Assembly: GCA_907165135.1 (NCBI GenBank)
Contig: OU015568.1
Span: 16,069,208-16,133,207 of the forward strand
Direction of reading: 5' to 3'
Source: Oikopleura dioica
Lineage: Eukaryota; Animalia; Chordata
DNA: 64,000 bases
This document shows positions 38,591 through 50,841 of the stretch, one piece after another (the first letter of the stretch is position 1; each line of letters starts with the position of its first letter). The notes beneath the pieces are model-generated. The model saw only the letters and a program-made list of their open reading frames with translations. It ran no database searches and was not told the origin of the DNA. The position numbers and the translations under genes are program-made.

Positions 38591-39523
38591 AGTCCAGCGG
38601 TAAATAAAATCACAGCAGCAATTTCTTTTCTACCAAAGAAGAAAACATCTCATCAGAAATAAAAAACGGTTGCTTTAGAAAAAGAAAAGAGCTGCTCCCA
38701 CATTGTCGCTCAATGAAAAGTCCGAGTTGCTCTGAGAAAGGGAGATTCAAAGTCGATTACGGAAGTCGGCATTTCCGGCCCCGCTCATCTCTCCATCGGT
38801 CGTGCCATTTTTACGACTCTCTGAGGTCATCATCATTCTGATTTGAGCTTAGCCCTCTTGAGGCCTCTTTTTGACTCATTTAGATTGAGATAAAGAAGCT
38901 CTTTTTTGTTCAATTAGAGCTCCGAAAGTCCGGTAAGAGTAATATGCGATAAGAAATTCCAGTAGAATGTGAATGTGTGAATGAATATTTCTAGCGCTTT
39001 TTTCCTGTAATTGGGAAAAACGTAACGAGACAGAAAAAAAACGTCATCGCTGGCGAAAAAGTTTCTATGGCAACCTGGGCGCTCCTCGTAACGCTCCAGT
39101 TCAAATCGTAGAAATCAAATAATAATTTGACTCATTGTCACTTGAAGGGTTCCTTTCTTCAGGAAAAGGAGTGACCAAAGGTGTGGCTCAACGAGAGTCA
39201 TCGAGGAGAATTTCCGAATGCGAATTCAAGCAGCGAATTCGTAGCAGCGAGAAATCAAACATTGCCCTTTTTATTTGCCCTTTTTTTATAAAGAGCAAAT
39301 TGTAAAAACAGACAGAAGAATAGAGATAATCCACGAGAGACGTGAAAACGGAAATCAGAATTTTCAGAAGACAGAAAATAGATTTTTATAAGAAGAGAGA
39401 AGAATGAGAAACTCGAAAATGATGAGGACGATAAGGAGGGCAACGAGGAGTATGAAATCTTCAAAAGAAAAAGTTGAAACGGTGAGAAATTATTCACCCG
39501 TAAAAGTCTTTCTACTAAAAATA

Positions 39524-39934
39524 AGGGTGTCTCCATTTTAACGAGCGAGTTCCTTTAGGATATCCCCATTTTAACGGATTTCATTTTCGTCAAAAGAAAC
39601 CCGATTTTAAAGGATTTTTGACAAACAAGCCTGTAACTCAAAAATCCTTTAAAATGAGGTTTCTTTCGAAAAATAAATGAAATCCGTTAAAATGGGGACA
39701 TCGTAAAATAATTCACTCGTTAAAATGAAGATCACCTATTTTTACCAAAAATATGGGAGTCTTCATTTTAACGAGTGAATTCCCCGTGGATGTCCAAATC
39801 TTAACGGATTTGATTTTCCTCAAAAAAAAAACCTGATTTTGACGGATTTTTGACAAGCACGCCTGTAACTCTAGAATCCGTTAAAATAATATTTCTTTCG
39901 AGGAAAATGAAATCCGTTAAAATGGGGACACCCT
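39524..39934. mobile_element. MITE built of ccattttaacg repeats
   Basis: TIR agggtgtctccattttaacg / cgttaaaatggggacaccct; related fragments at about 36600-36660 and 41450-41600. Confidence 0.7.
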
Positions 39935-40730
39935 ACATGAATTCAACCGTTAAAATGAATACCTAACCCTAACCCTAACCCATTGCATGTAGAATTGACC
40001 TATTTTCTGACAATCTTATATTGCGAAATTTCGCGGAACATGACATTTCTCTGAAATGCCGGCTGAACGACAAAAAATTCTTGAAGCGATGTAATGATGG
40101 CCTTAGAAGATTTTTTTGCATCATTCTTCGGTGGCTTCACGCGCCGCCTCGATGACAAAAAAAGACAGAAATCACAGCAGAAATCTGAGAATAAAAAAAG
40201 TTGATGAGTTTCTTGGAAAAAATTTTGGCACTTGCATAACCCTGTTGTGTTTGTCAAACGGTGGATTTCTAATGATAACTTGGGTATGGGAACACTTGTT
40301 TCCGTCTGTCCTTCGCCACGTTTTGAGCAAGGCCAGTGCTGTCAGCGGAAGTCTGTCGCCGACCACCAGCTCGATTGATTACTCAATTGAAAAATGACCG
40401 AGCGGTCTAATTGCTAAAAAATAAAAAAGCCAGGAAATGCAGAATACTGATGCGTTTTTCGTCACTAAATTTTCTCTCAAAAATTTCTTCCAGTTTAATT
40501 CTGATTCATCCCTCTTGTGTTTCTCTTGGCCTGGTGCCGATTATTTCTTGAGCAAATAAAACGTGCACAAAAGTTTTGTTTTAAAAATGAATTCGGCGCG
40601 GGACTCAAAGGCAACGTTCCTAACCGAGTTAGTCATCCTTCGGTTCTTTTTTTACTGTATTTTTCGCATAAGAGAGCCCCCAACCCAAGATTTGAGAGGG
40701 TTCAACTGTTCCATTCACTTTCGATTTAGG

Positions 40731-41007
40731 ACGGCAGCGGTTCGGCAACGTCTTCTTCCCAGAGCTTGACCCGGCAGCTGAGCACGTCGAACCCGGAGCT
40801 AAACTGCAAGGACTCAAATCACCGCCGCACGAATTCATACCCAACGCGCTCCTCAAGACCCACGCCACCAGCTAGGGACCCTCGCCACCACCAAATGCCC
40901 AGAAATTTACATAAAGAATCGCTCGACAACGAAAGTACGCAATTTAAAGACGCAAAGGATTACGTGGAAAGAAGCACGCAAACAGAGAATACGTTGGTTC
41001 TGCCCAA
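40731..41007 (+). CDS. Isolated internal exon of an unidentified gene
   Basis: tttag acceptor, open 92-codon Ser/Pro/Arg-rich frame, AAG|gtgagg donor; flanking exons not identified. Confidence 0.35.
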
Positions 41008-41063
41008 GGTGAGGATTTAAAAATAAAGAAGTCACCTTTTTAGCGGACAAATTTCTCCTTTAA

Positions 41064-41443
41064 GGAGGGGGTCGACGAGAATCGGGATTTCCGTGACCAA
41101 AAATGCGGGAAAACCTGATCAGATAGGCAAAATCTGAATTTACTGGCAAAAAGAAAAGGGCTGAAAAAATTTAACGGCGAGAAGTAGAAAAAATTTTGGC
41201 CAGAAAAAATCGGTCAAAAATGCCGTCAAAGTAGGGGCATTTTTGCGAAAATGCACCAAAAATAGTCATTTTTTTTACATTTTTCTTAATTTTACCCCCT
41301 AAATCATATTTTTATCGAATGATTTTAGGCTCAACAGATTCAGGAGGATCTGAGGATTCCAAAAATATCAGATTCATACACAGACCATGTGTATACGCGA
41401 AATTACGATCACCTCTGAAAAAATTCTCGTCGACCCCCCCCCC
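41064..41443. mobile_element. TTAA-flanked MITE (Kolobok-like)
   Basis: TIR gg(a/g)gggggtcgacgagaat / attctcgtcgaccccccc; TTAA at 41060-41063 and 41444-41447. Confidence 0.8.
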
Positions 41444-42423
41444 TTAAAGACCCTTTTTAACGGATTTTTTTTCCTCAAAAGGTTCCCGATTTTAACGGAC
41501 GGCGGAAAAATCCGTTAAAATATGGTCTCTTTGAGGAAAAATAAATTCGTTTAAAAAAGGTTCCCGAGAATTTGTCCGTTGAAAAGGGTACCCCCTTATT
41601 TTGGGGAGGTGTTAAGAACCGACAAATAATTCGACAATTTTTGCGTGCAAATTTTCAACGAACCAGAAGGCTGGATTCGGCTTACCGGGCAATTAGCAGT
41701 CGAGAAGCCGCCCACGCAAAATTTGTCTAACTTTTTTTGTCGGATCTTGACGCCATCCCCTTATTTTGTACCGAAAAATAGTAGAATTTCAATTTCCCTT
41801 TTAGCCGATGTTTTCAAAGAAGGAACTAAAGATGCCCTACTTTTGCTGCTTGTACTTGCTAATCGGGTTCAACTGCTGCGCTTTTGCTCACAGGATATCC
41901 CAAACGACCGGTTGGTTTAATTTTCAAAACCATTTTTCTAACGCCCTTTTAGTTATTCATCTAATTGCGGATGCTGTTTTCGGGCTAGCAGTTGCCGTTT
42001 TTCTTCGCAGATTCGTCGGATTGAATCTTTTTAAAATTCAAGACAAAGTTACAGAAAGAGCTATTTTGACCATGGTTACTCAGGTATTTCTTTTTCTGGC
42101 GAAACTAAGAAGACAATTTTTTTGTAGATACGCATCGCGTATTATTTCATCGCGGGTGGGTTGGTCTACGACTGGAGTTTATTCCTGTTTGTCCTGTCTG
42201 TCTGCATTCTCTTTCTCGACTATGTGCCAAAATCGTGGCAGAAAATTGTGCTCCCCTTCGAGCTCAAAACGGAATGATTACTTGAAGTTCAATCGATGGA
42301 ATCGCAATAATAGGAATTATTTATTTTCATTTACTCTTTCTTCTGTTCAATTACTGTTCATACTATTCTTCTTCGCAATTTTGCTGTACCTTTTCTTCAA
42401 CGCTCACCAAAATATCTTCAAAC

Positions 42424-44130
42424 CTGGGCTCCGCAATCTGTGTAGAAAACCTGAGTCAGGGCCCTGTGCTAGGATATCTAAGGGGCTAAGGGGGTATAAA
42501 TGTATTTTTGGCGAAGCCGCTTCGCGGCTTCGTATAAAAAAAAGCCGCTTCGCGGCTTTTCGCTTTGCCTCTTTTGGAACCATGACTCAGGGTTTCGACA
42601 CAGGTCGTTGAGCTCGTCTTCAAACTGTAATCACCAAATGACACGTGAAGGAAAAAAACCTACCAATTCTGAACTCCTTCTAACGATGATGATGCACGCT
42701 CACATTTTATAAAATCTTAAATTTAGTTCAAATAAATACTCATCTTCACACTCAAAGACTAAAACTGGAGTTTCAACTTTCTGAAGAAGGGAGCTGCTGA
42801 AGGGAGATTATTCCCTGAGTGGCTCTTGGAATCATGACGTTGGTGTGAGGAAAGAGGATTTCTTTTCCGTTCTTGTTCTTTAAGACTTGAAACTCGGCAA
42901 CCTGTGTAGAAAACCTGAGTCAGGGTTTCAAAAGAGTAAAATGAAAAGCCGCGTAGCGGCTTTTTCCTATTTCGAAGCCGCAAAGCGGCTTCGCCAAGGT
43001 TACCAACTCAATGCTTTGCGGCTTCAGTAAAAAAAAGCCGCTACGCGGCTTTTCAGTTTACTCTTTTAGAACCCTGAATCAGGTTTTCTTCTGAGATTGC
43101 CGAGCTACGCCTGAAAGTAAGGCCCTTTTTTCGCCGCATTTTGTCATTTTCAAAGAACAGGAATAAACCCTAAGAAACTTTGAACAAGTGAAAAGTAAGA
43201 TTTTCATCTGGGAGATTGAGTAAAACCGATTAGTACTCAAACATTTTCGGGCGGTTTAGACGAACGTCAGCAACCTTTTTTTCGACCGTAGTTTTTTCTT
43301 GTTTTCCTGCCTCATCAAAAAAGTCCAACAAAAAGTGCTCCTGCCACAAAGTCCAAACAGAGGCAAAGTTAGACCTCGCATTTTCAGTGGTTCTTTTCTG
43401 GTTTATCTCGTCGGGGAAAAGCTGAGACTCGCGACAGCGTGTTCAAACAGCCTTGGACAGATGCAAAAATATTCGATAAATTGGAAAACACTTTCGAATG
43501 ATAAAAAATTACGCCTGACATCAGTGCTACAAGGGTGCTTATTTTTGAAAAGCAAATGCAGATGGAGTAATGCTGAATTACTGCGAGTTGATAATAAAAA
43601 CATCGCCGGGCTAGGGAGCCTCTGAGTCAGGGTCCTCAAAGCAAGGCTCAGCAACCTGTGTAGAAAACCCTGAGTCAGGGTCTGAAAGAGCTTTAATTAC
43701 TAAAATGATAACTTTGGCGAAGCCGCTTCGCGGCTTTATTTAAGAAAAAGCCGCTGCTTGACTTTCTATTAAAGATCTTTCAGTTTTGGCTCGGCAACCT
43801 GTGTAGAAAAACCTGAGTCAGGGTCTGAAGGGTCTGATATTCAATGAAAAGCCGCGTAGCGGCTTTTTTAAACAACGAAGCCGCAAAGCGGCTTCGCGAA
43901 ATAGGCATTACAATCTATTTTTAAATTTTGGCAAAGCTGCTAAAAAACTTTCGGACCCTGACTCAGGTTTTTTACACAGGTTGCCGAGCCCAGCTTGAAA
44001 TATCTTTGATATAAGGTCGGGCAGCGGCTTTTTCTTTAATAAAGCCGCAATGCGCCTTCGCCAAAGTTATCATCTCAGTCATTAAAGCTCATTCAAAACC
44101 CTGACTCAGGTTTTTGAACAGGTTTCTGAT
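42424..44130. mobile_element. Cluster of four or more CTGGG-family MITE copies (about 42424-42612, 42890-43106, 43615-43992, 44000-44130)
   Basis: Repeated ggcaacctgtgtagaaaa(a)cctgagtcaggg termini and their reverse complements, with aagccgc/gcggctt cores. Confidence 0.8.
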
Positions 44131-44939
44131 CCAGGAAGTAAGGAAACGCAATTTCGTGAATTTTTCGCCTCCACGTTGAAAGATAACCTTGTGGAAACAA
44201 TTATAAGCATCGGGAATGTTTAGTGAGGTGGCGCAGGAATTGGTGCCCATTAAAAACGCGTTTGGGAAGGCTTCCGCCCAGCTCGAAACCACTGCGCCGA
44301 AAATGGCGATCCTCCATCCTCTCACTCGTGCTTCGCCAAAAAAGTCAAAACCGCCACTTTAAAAAAGCAAGGTCACCAATCTCAGTCTGAGATTAATCTG
44401 GACGTGGGTGCTCACTTTGAAGCTTTCGTGAATTAGAGGGCGGACCACTTTAGAACACGAGATTTTAATAGAAAAAAAAAGCTCGTTGAACCAAATTTTA
44501 AGAAATGTGAGAACTAAAAGAAACTGAGGCTAATTCATAACAATTAAGGGAATTCACAGTACTTGTCAAAAATTGAGCTTCTTGAGTTCATAGACTATGA
44601 ATCATAGTCGAAGGTTCAAACTAAGCTATTGAAAATAAAAATTTGCTAAAAAAATACCTAACTAAAAGCACCTTAACGAAACTTTGCTCAAATCGATGTT
44701 GACACCTTTACTTGCAGATTTCGATGCTTTTCTGTTAAGTAATTGGCGAACCCCTCTGTAATAGTTAAGATCTAGGACGGATTTATTTAATTAGCACATA
44801 TGGGCTCCACTTTCATTCATAAGTTCGGAGTTATTCAAGCCTCAAATTGTGGAAATCGAAGATAGTACCCTTAAAAATATAGGCCTTGAAATGGATACAT
44901 GAAAAGTTCTTCTGAGATTTTTTTCAACAAAAGCCACTT

Positions 44940-45065
44940 TTATTTTGATGCATCTTTTACGTATGCTCATTATCGCTAATTTTAAACGTACTCGTTTATT
45001 GAATTTCGAGACAAGTTTCTATCCCTTTCATCATAATTTCTCGCAAGCTGCGCATGTTTCGCAGC
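44940..45065 (+). repeat. Dispersed repeat, inverted copy at about 60205-60325
   Basis: gatgcatctttt..gtatgctcattatcgc..tttaaacgta..ttattgaatttcgagacaagtttctatccctttcatcataatttctcgcaagctgcgcatgtttcgca matches the reverse complement at 60.2-60.3 kb. Confidence 0.85.
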
Positions 45066-46478
45066 TTCAAAAGAGCCTCAAATGTACTCGGACACGTCCC
45101 AGAACAAATTTTTTTCAGAACGGTGACATAATTCCGGTTACTTTACTTTTCGACTGTAGTCATTCTAGGAACCGCCAAGTCATGTTTTCAAAATTTAGAA
45201 TCTTGGTACTTATTTTCCAGCTTTTGGAAGGGTCTATTGTGCCACGTAAAAATTACAACCATGAAAATCAACTTTGTTTCTTCCCGAACAACTATCGGAC
45301 AAAACCTGACATTTTCATCAATAAAAATTTAATCTACTTCCCTTGTTAACCTTCCAAGAGATAATTGAAAACGTAAACTTGTCAGATACTGCGTGTTTTC
45401 ATGCATAAATCATCACTCGGAAGCAAAGTTGGGGCCTCCAACTGGGGCTTTGGATTTAGCATCTTCGTTCAATAACTCTTTAGTTGGCCCCTTATTGTTA
45501 ATTGTACAGAAAAGAGATGTCCAAGAAAGAGACGCAAGAATGCGTTGGATCAAAAAAGAACGCAGCTGTCATGTATGAAAAATGAGTCACCTGTTGAAGG
45601 GGGTCCGACCGCATTCATGTAAACCACTTTTCATTAACGCTTCTTTCTAAAACCACAAGTAAGTCCTCTTTTCGTAGATTCTCGCCTACAGCTGAGACAG
45701 TGGCGCCAGTCTTGATTTCGACTTGTCATTTCTTAGCGATTCGCGAGTGCTTTTTGGAAAAAAATTCTTGAGATTTCGAACTGACGCGACCCAAAAGAAG
45801 CAGCCAAGAAGCTCGTGGAACGGGATAATCGCAGCTAAGTTCTAAAGAGTGTGAGTCATTTAGCCGAAATAGGGTGTCGGTTGTTGAAATTAGCTCCGCG
45901 CAAAAAAAAGTGTGAAAGAGATTAGAACAGGCCTGACCGAGGACCGAGGTGAAATCGTTTTTTAACGATCAGCGCGAGTCAGCAGCGCCAGATCAGATCC
46001 TGAAAATGACTGGAATAAAGGTAAACACAATCGCGACTCTTGGGAGAAAGACGGTAAATCATCGGAATTACGAAAAAATGCTGAGCAGGAGTCAAACATG
46101 AGGATGTCAAAAATCGTGCGCGTCAAAAATTAAATCAAAAGAGGAAGCTTCACCCGTGTTCATGAAACGCTCTAAGCTGATCGCCTGTCAAAATGATTGT
46201 CGAGCCATCCTCACAGCGATTGCTTATCAGATGCTGGCCCGGCTCAAATGCAATTACCCACTTTGCATGTCCCTTCTTTACAGAGGCTCACTTATCCTAT
46301 CGCACGTGTGCAAAAGAAGAAAAGAAGAGACAATATCGAGGAATCAATTTTTCAAATTTGTTTTTGACAGTTTTTATTAGAGTTTTTTTTCGCAAGAATT
46401 TTTTTGTTGTCTGAACCATATTTTTTCTAACTGAACTTCTCAATCTTCGTTTCGATCTAACGACTGGGGCCCAGTCAC

Positions 46479-46615
46479 AGGGCTTGGCAACCTGTGTAGA
46501 AACCTGACTCAGGGTCCTTCTTTCAGGTTTGGGGCTAACCCTAACGCTATCCCTATTCGGCTTTTCAGTCCTCCAGGACCCAGACTCAGGTTTTTACACA
46601 GGTTGCCGAACCCAA
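46479..46615. mobile_element. Short internally deleted CTGGG-family MITE
   Basis: Both termini present around about 50 bp of unrelated sequence containing ctaaccctaac. Confidence 0.7.
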
Positions 46616-47259
46616 TCTAGCGGGGTTGCTGGATGATGCGATTTGTCTGCATGATTCCATGAGGCTTCTGCTTCGAAGGCTGAAATTTTCGATAGTCATA
46701 AAGGCAAGGGATACGGAGGTTACCATGGGCTTGTGTTGCATGTGCTTCATCGCGGAAGTTGGAAAATCCTGCTTTTGGTCTTGAACGGCGCCGGAAATCA
46801 CCCAGGTCGGGTTGAGTTCAACTCCGGACACGGTGGAAGCGGTCGGCTCGCAGGTTTCCCCGGAGCTTTTTCGACTTTTTCCTTAATTAATTAATCAACT
46901 GGCTAATGATCACTGAGCTAGTTACCTGGGATTCGCTTTCCACCGACAGTTTGCGCCCTGGCGTGGCCAGCAATTTGCTCGTTCTCGGCAAAATTGCTCA
47001 TTTTCAACTTCATAAAAATTGCTTTCTCTAAAGTTTGGATTCTTTTCGAATGAAAACAAACGGGCGCGTTTGAAGATCGCAGTTGAAGATCTCTCAATCG
47101 CTGAACTCGCTATTCGCCGCTATTTTCGAGTTCAGCAACAAAAATTGACTCTACTCAATTCTGAATTGAATGGAAGAAAAGGGCGCATGGCTAGCGCGTG
47201 CTTCGATAAAAATCGAAGAAAAAATCGGTTTATCGAACGTCTGCCGTAATGCTACTAAC

Positions 47260-47490
47260 CTGGGCTCGGCAACCTGTGTAGAAAAACTGAGTCAGGTTTT
47301 GAAAAGCTTAAATGAAAAGCCGCGTAGCTGCTTTCTCAAAAACGAAGCCGCGTAGCGGCTTCGCAACATCACCATTTCAGGCTATTTTTAACAACTGGCG
47401 AAGCCGCTTCGCGGCTTCGTTTTTTGAACAAGCCGCTACTCGGCATTTCAAAGCCTGACTCAGTTTTTCTACACAGGTTGCCGAGCCCAG
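47260..47490. mobile_element. CTGGG-family MITE, complete
   Basis: TIR ctgggctcggcaacctgtgtagaaaaactgagtcagg on both ends; flanks ctactaac / ttactaac (7 of 8 bp TSD). Confidence 0.88.
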
Positions 47491-48766
47491 TTACTAACCA
47501 TTACTGATAATTATTGTGGCATCGTAACACAAATTCACGGGGAATGGCAACGATGCAAAATATTTCAAACTTTTAAAGAGCGTTTTCGATTGAGAATTCT
47601 CAGTTTTGTCTAGCCAGCTGAAACTCATCGTAGCCTAAGTTATGGCAAATTTGCACGTTTTTCGCGATAATCGTAAGTCGCGTCGTATTCGGACCTAATT
47701 ATCCTCTTCTTCTTAGAATAATTTTCTCATCTGCCGTCGTTTTAGAAGAGTGCTTGCGCTAGTGTAACAAGTTCAAATTCTATCCATTTTTTGTGAAATC
47801 ATTCGGTTCTCATAAGCTGTTCCACCATTATGCACGTGTTTTTTAGAGACGCATTCACTTCGTTTTTTCTGATAGAGGCACTTTTTCAGGCCACCTGGGC
47901 GTCTCTTTCAAGGGTGCAAAAATTTTAAGTTTTCAAGAAATACCAACCCTTTTTTTTAAGAAAAAATGATCATCACGGAATTCAAAAGAAATGATATATT
48001 TGATAGAAATCGTCACGTGATCGATGTATTCTTCAAATGATCGTAGAAATCGACTCATGATGGCTGGTAATTGTAGGCGCGTATGTCCGGTAGCACTCTT
48101 GCCGATTTTTCCGAAATTACGAAAATGATGAAAATGATGCGCCATAAGGCGGGAATGCCTTCATTTACGCCCCCCCCCGTGACCTTCCACTTACGAGGCG
48201 CCGAAATCAATTACGAGACTCACACTTAAACTACTTTGTATCTCTCGTTTTTTTCCTAACCAAAAAGTACACGTCATAATTTGATAAAGTTTATTTACAA
48301 GCAGGTGTCTTATAAAAGTTGTTAAAAATTTACAAAATATTTGAACAGGCTAAAAGGATCTGATGAGTCCAGGAAAAACGGCCAGAAAAGCGTCACTTTC
48401 ACAGGGATGAAAATCAGTTGAAGAACTACAGTCAGAATTAGGGTTAGGGTTAGGCCTTAACCGTTAGGGTAAGGCAATTTCAGGGCGAGAAATTTGGTCA
48501 TTTTCGGTTGGGAAATCTCGAAATTACCATTTTTTACCCAGAAAATTGCTAAATTGCCATTTTTCTGGCATTTTTAACAAAGGCCAAATGCCAAAAAATG
48601 ATAAAAAATGCCAGAAAAAATGGCAATCTGGCAATTTTTTGGGTAAAAATGGCAATTTCGAAGTTTCCCGACCGAAAAAACACCTAAATTGTCGGTGCTG
48701 ACTGTATTTCTAAATAACATACTGTAATTCACATAATGATTTTTTGAATGATTTTCAAATCGAATT

Positions 48767-49942
48767 TCATCCCTTTCCTAGCGACAAATTCACAAGCTCG
48801 AGTATTTCATCCACCAAATCCACGACAATCAAAACGCTGTCGAAAATAAAATAGGTCCAAAAACTTGCATCAAAATCAATGTCAAGCAAATGAGTCGTTT
48901 CCTTCATCAAAATTCTTGCTTCTCTCTGCAAGAGCTCGATCCATTCTCGAAGATTTCTGGTGATTGCCGTGATGAAGGAAAATTTAAACGGCCGGTTGGT
49001 GAAAATGTTGATCCAGGTGAGGACGTCTTTTGCCATTTTTCTGAGAATCGAGGACATTTGGAATGAAAAATTGCCAAGAATTGTGAAAATTCCAGAAGAA
49101 AAGCCAGTGTATTGAAATATAAACTCGTCCGCGAGCGGTCTTTTTTTGGTTCGAATTTCGAAAGAGAGATTATTTGAAATTTTATGAGAGCTAGAATTTC
49201 GTAAGATGAAGGATAAAACGTGTTTATGAAATATTTTGACGGGCGCAGAGGTTTGAAGGGGATTATTGTGGAACCACGTGACCTGCTTTGATAAACAATC
49301 CAAGGGTAGAGCAAATCCTCCCAGTCGTGTAGAAACCATTCGATGAAGAATTCCAATTCTCTGATCAAAAATACCATGTCCTGAAAAATGTAAGAGTTGA
49401 TTTTGAAAGAGACGTACCATCGAAAACACGTGTAATATTTCCAAATTGACGGATTTGGAGAGCTCAATCCACGTCGGGTACAAATCCATCACTGACTCGA
49501 TGAGATAAAGCGGCTTAAAGAAACACCCTTCGAGAAAGATTGTGATTTGAGAAGCCTTCGTCGCGTATTTTCGAACATTGTTGTCGAACTTTTCCAGCGA
49601 CGGGGGTCCGCCGAAGATCGGCAAGCTCTCTAGCTTCGGAATTGGAAATTCTCTGTCCTGGGCTCGGCAACCTATGGAGAAAACCTGAGTCAGGGTCTGA
49701 ATGAGCTAAGATGAAAAGCCGCGTAGCGGCTTTTTAAATTACGAAGCCGCAATTTTATAATAGATCGAAATGGTAAGTTGGTATTTAAAAAAGCCGCTAT
49801 GCGGCTTTTCATCTTAGCTCTTTCAGACCCTGACTCAGGTTCTCTGCACAGGTTGCCGAGCCCATTCTCTGTTAACAACTGTTATTTCCACGGCGATATT
49901 TCTATTTATTATCGCTAGAAAAAGCAGTTGAAAGTAATTCAT
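48767..49942 (-). CDS. Orphan protein with signal-peptide-like N-terminus and hydrophobic C-terminus; exon 1 interrupted by a MITE
   Basis: ATG 49942 MNYFQLLFLAIINRNIA...; frame is continuous across the empty MITE site (VV[N/D]REFPIPKLESLPIFGG); two GT-AG introns explain the switch between the overlapping ORFs 48767-49624 and 48907-49467. Confidence 0.6.
49658..49865. mobile_element. CTGGG-family MITE inside a predicted coding exon
   Basis: Termini ctgggctcggcaacc / ggttgccgagcccat; flanks tctctgtc (49650-49657) and tctctgtt (49866-49873). Confidence 0.88.
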
Positions 49943-50841
49943 TCATCGGCAATTCTGAAAATATCGCGAAGCAGAGTCAAATCATTCCTTCGTCGTTTTG
50001 GCAGCCACACCTTGCCTCTCAAATATCGGACTCTCTTTATTAATAATCATGAATGACAAAGCAAGGATCTTGAAAATTTACGAATTTATTTGAATTTGAG
50101 ATCAAAGATGCCTTCTTAGCTTTTCTAAGTGATTTTTTCTTAATTTTCATAATCTTTTTTTCATGACGAAAAAAGTTTAACAATTCTTGGTCTGAAATCG
50201 CGTAAACTAGACGACGTAGAAAGTGTCATTTTTAAGATTTCGCCTTGATCGTGTCTTAACTTGAATTAGCTCCGGGTCACTGAAGGAAACTTATTTCTAA
50301 GTCGGGCAGAGATTGACCCCAACTGATGCAAACGCCGCGGCGGAAATAGACGGTCTTTTCGAAACATTGCTTTTTGTAGAAAAAACGAAGCTTACTGTAA
50401 TTCGAGGAGTACGTGTCCGGAAAGGCAGGGACGATTTGTACGCAGATAGAAGGGCGATCGATTATTGGGGCTAGCTTTCCTGATGGAACTTTGATGAAAA
50501 TGACCTTCCGCATTTCCAACAGAGAGAAAAAGAGGGACAAACGTACCAGTTTTCGGTTCTTCCTGGAATTTCCACCTTTTTTTTTTGAATGACGCTCCGC
50601 AGACTTTCCATCTTTATTGTGAATTTTTATGGTCATAAATTTAGATAATTGGACAGAAGCTGATTTTGACCGCAATTGACTTTCCCAAAAGACTTTTTAA
50701 CGATGTGTTTTATGATATTCGATCATGGTTATGCTTGGGCGTGCTCCTGAATGATGACGTTTCTCTCCAATTGTCCTCCTTTTGACAATTCACAGAAGCT
50801 CAAACGCACTTTTATTTGTAGTTTTCAAGAAAGAGAAAAAG

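Noticed and set aside
41808-42611. 267-aa ORF as a membrane protein or transposase
   Set aside because: Compositionally noisy, ends inside a MITE copy, no recognisable motif.
44945-45349. Matching peptides in ORFs at 44945 and 60135 as a protein family
   Set aside because: Explained by a short dispersed DNA repeat; surrounding frames are unrelated.
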